Assembly (NCBI RefSeq): GCF_006345805.1
Contig: NC_043011.1
Coordinates: 12,028,001 to 12,092,000, forward strand
Source: Octopus sinensis
Lineage: Eukaryota
DNA length: 64,000 nt
Direction: 5' to 3'
Part shown: piece by piece, positions 61,665 through 64,000 of the stretch
Numbering within the stretch: position 1 is the first letter of the stretch
How the letters are laid out: every line of letters starts with the position of its first letter
Notes under the pieces: generated by a model
What the model saw: the letters and a program-made list of their open reading frames with translations, nothing else
What the model was told of the DNA's origin: nothing
Databases searched by the model: none
Position numbers and translations under genes: made by a program

Positions 61665-61985
61665 TGCTTATCTATCTATCTATCTATCCGCTCAGTCGCA
61701 GTCGACTCTCGGTTACTCCATGGATCCGTGTCCTCCAGTCAGTTCTATCCTGGGCCGCTTCTTTCAGATTGGCTATGTCCATTCCGGTATCCCTCTTGAT
61801 GGTTCTTGGTCGGCCTCTTCCTCTCTTGCCACTGACCATTCCGAGAATGATGTCCTTCTCCAGGGATTTTCTCCGCATAATATGACCGAAATATGCCAAT
61901 CTATGCTTGGTGATCCTAGCTTCTAGTGACATTTTTGGCCTGATCTACTTAAGAACTTCTCCATTGGTGAGCCTCGCTGTCCATG
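61665..61985 (-). mobile_element. RTE LINE 3' end (third family) with (GATA)n tail
   Basis: RLAYFGHIMRRKSLEKDIILG.VSGKRGRGRP..AQDRTDWR. Confidence 0.88.
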
Positions 61986-63409
61986 GAATCTGTTGTGCTT
62001 AGGCTATACAAATCTCCTGATCTTAATAAAAACTAGAGATTTTGCTAAAATGCTGCTAGTCCAGTATAAAAATCATAAAAATATAATTTTTGCATGATTT
62101 TGGATCAAATTTGCTGATACTATACAATGATCATCGATGTACATTGTGAATGTAGATTTTACCTGTTATATTGATTTTTACTTGTTGTCATATCACCTGC
62201 ATTGATTCCTGCATATTAATTTCCTGTCTCAGAGTTGAACTGATACTCCAGTTAGTTTTTGTAACTTGGAAGATGTACAACTCGCATTAGTAAAAGAATT
62301 CCAAAATATGCCTTTATCTTCTCGATTCAAAGGTTTTGTAAGGCCCAACAAATTTAGTCTTATTTTATTACAAAAAGAAAAATTATGTTCTTACAAACCC
62401 AGCAGTATACAGAGAATTTATCTTTAAAATATATCTGCAAATTAATCTTTTTTTAATCCTCACCATTCACTAAGAAAAGCCTCAATGAAATATCAACTAC
62501 ATTGTAATTCCACTCCTTTTCAAAATCCATAAATCCTGACATCCAGAAATATCACTCTAATTATTTTATCCAAGTCTAAGTTATCTCTCTCTAATTAAAT
62601 CAGGAAAAAAAATGCTAATACATAAATCATTGATAAATAATATCATTGAGTTCTGACTCACTGCTTGGGATATGAAACACCATTATGCTTGAAAATGAAA
62701 GGAAGAAGAATTCCAGTGAAACATAGATAGTGCAAACAAGAAGTCTTTCGACAGGAATTTCTTTCTAAAATGAAACTGAATGTGTTTCTTTCACAGAAGA
62801 GAGCTTAGTTCCAATTTTCGATCCCAGATAACAATGTTATTTGAATTGTGATTTCATGCAAATGATGACAGCTGCAGATATTTACAAGTGTCTAAGAGCT
62901 AAGCTAACCTACCACAACTTTTCATCTTCACTGCATATATATAAAACACTACTAAAACCTAATAATATACACATTCTAACTATTACTATCTTTGAGAATT
63001 TCTCAGTAGTAGTAAGAGATAAATATGACATTCTAGATAGCATCCAAATAAAGAAAAGTTCTCCACTTCATGATACTGTCCAGGTTGCAAGAGTGAGAGG
63101 TGCATTGAGGTGGAGATGGGGAGATAATTTGGGGACACAGTAGGGTGATCAATGTGAAATGTGTGTAAGAAGGGTCAGTTTTAAGAATGAAGGATATATA
63201 TCAAAGTGAAAAGGTTCCAGGTAGTGAGAAAAATGAGTGATATCAAGGAAAAGCAGATGAAGTATGCAGTTCTGCTCACATTTAATTACAGCAGCAGAAT
63301 ATTGCAGTGAAGTAGGTGATGGTGGGGTTAGTGATAGAGAAATGATGGGTGATGATGATGGCTTGAAGAGGAAATAGCGTGAGGGCCCCTATTGTGCATA
63401 TATGCTTCC

Positions 63410-63770
63410 AGAATCTTGTCTTTTCCAAGATAGGCAGGTCTTCTCAAGTGTCACATATTGCCAGACATTCTAGTCCTTTGTCATATCTTCTGTAAGTCCT
63501 GGGTCTCCCTCTTTCACAAGTGCCATCCTTACTAAGTGTTTAGCATTTCTTTATACAGCTGTTCTCATCCATTCTCATTACATGTTCATACCAGTGCTGT
63601 TTTCTTTCTTGCATACTACATCTGATGTCTCTTGTTTCCCATTCTCTCAACACATTTGTACTTCGTCATTCGTATGCTGCACATCTAGTGAAGTATGCTA
63701 GCTTCATTTCTTTACAGCCTTCTCAAATTCTTTGCAATGAAGGCCCACGTTCCACTGTTATGCAGCTTTG
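63410..63770 (-). mobile_element. Old RTE remnant
   Basis: HWYEHVMRMDENSCIKKC..ERGRPR. Confidence 0.6.
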
Positions 63771-64000
63771 CAACATTTTCATTTTACATCCATTTTCCAT
63801 GCTCTTGTGGCTTAGACGGGTTGTCACAATTTCATTCAGTTCTTATTCATTGTAGAGGGGTTGCAGAACTCCATATCACTCATATATTTTATTTTATGCA
63901 TGGTTATTTTTATTCCCTCTGGAATAATATCAATGCTTTCTTTGAAACACATATTGGAAGTATAAATGGTTTGAATAACACCTGCATTTAACTTCATTTC

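Noticed and set aside
58573-64000. Search for the next TPR exon (expected phase 2, F.GNRS-like)
   Set aside because: Candidate acceptors at 60753, 61619 and 62797 give early stops; the exon probably lies beyond the window
1-64000. CRISPR arrays, rRNA genes or prokaryotic operons
   Set aside because: No regularly spaced repeat-spacer array or rRNA sequence; the window is intron-rich eukaryotic DNA

Overview
AT-rich, repeat-dense animal genomic DNA. The SINE, LINE and microsatellite content fits an octopus-type cephalopod genome (inference, not verified). One host gene is recognisable on the + strand: a TTC31-like TPR-protein gene. It can be assembled by hand from 9 phase-compatible short exons (10927-58572; 611 coding nt, about 203 aa) and continues beyond the window. 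Its first exon resembles helix I of a J-domain, but no HPD-encoding exon is visible; a 100-N gap lies in intron 1. The rest is mostly transposon debris: Tc1/mariner (rosa-like, maT-like, DD34D), seven loci of an 8-bp-TSD GG-ended (Merlin-like) MITE, Helitron, piggyBac-like, Gypsy, Tx1/L1, CR1, RTE, CRE-like and Penelope-like retroelements, and three tRNA-type SINE families. The most notable observations are hammerhead-ribozyme motifs in the introns (one with an intact core, in sense orientation), a U6 snRNA retrocopy fused to a LINE 3' tail, a SINE sharing its 3' tail with a Tx1-clade LINE, a composite two-left-end MITE, and two long fold-back palindromes. Almost all ORFs in the supplied track are microsatellite or TE artefacts. 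All coordinates and alignments were read by eye.
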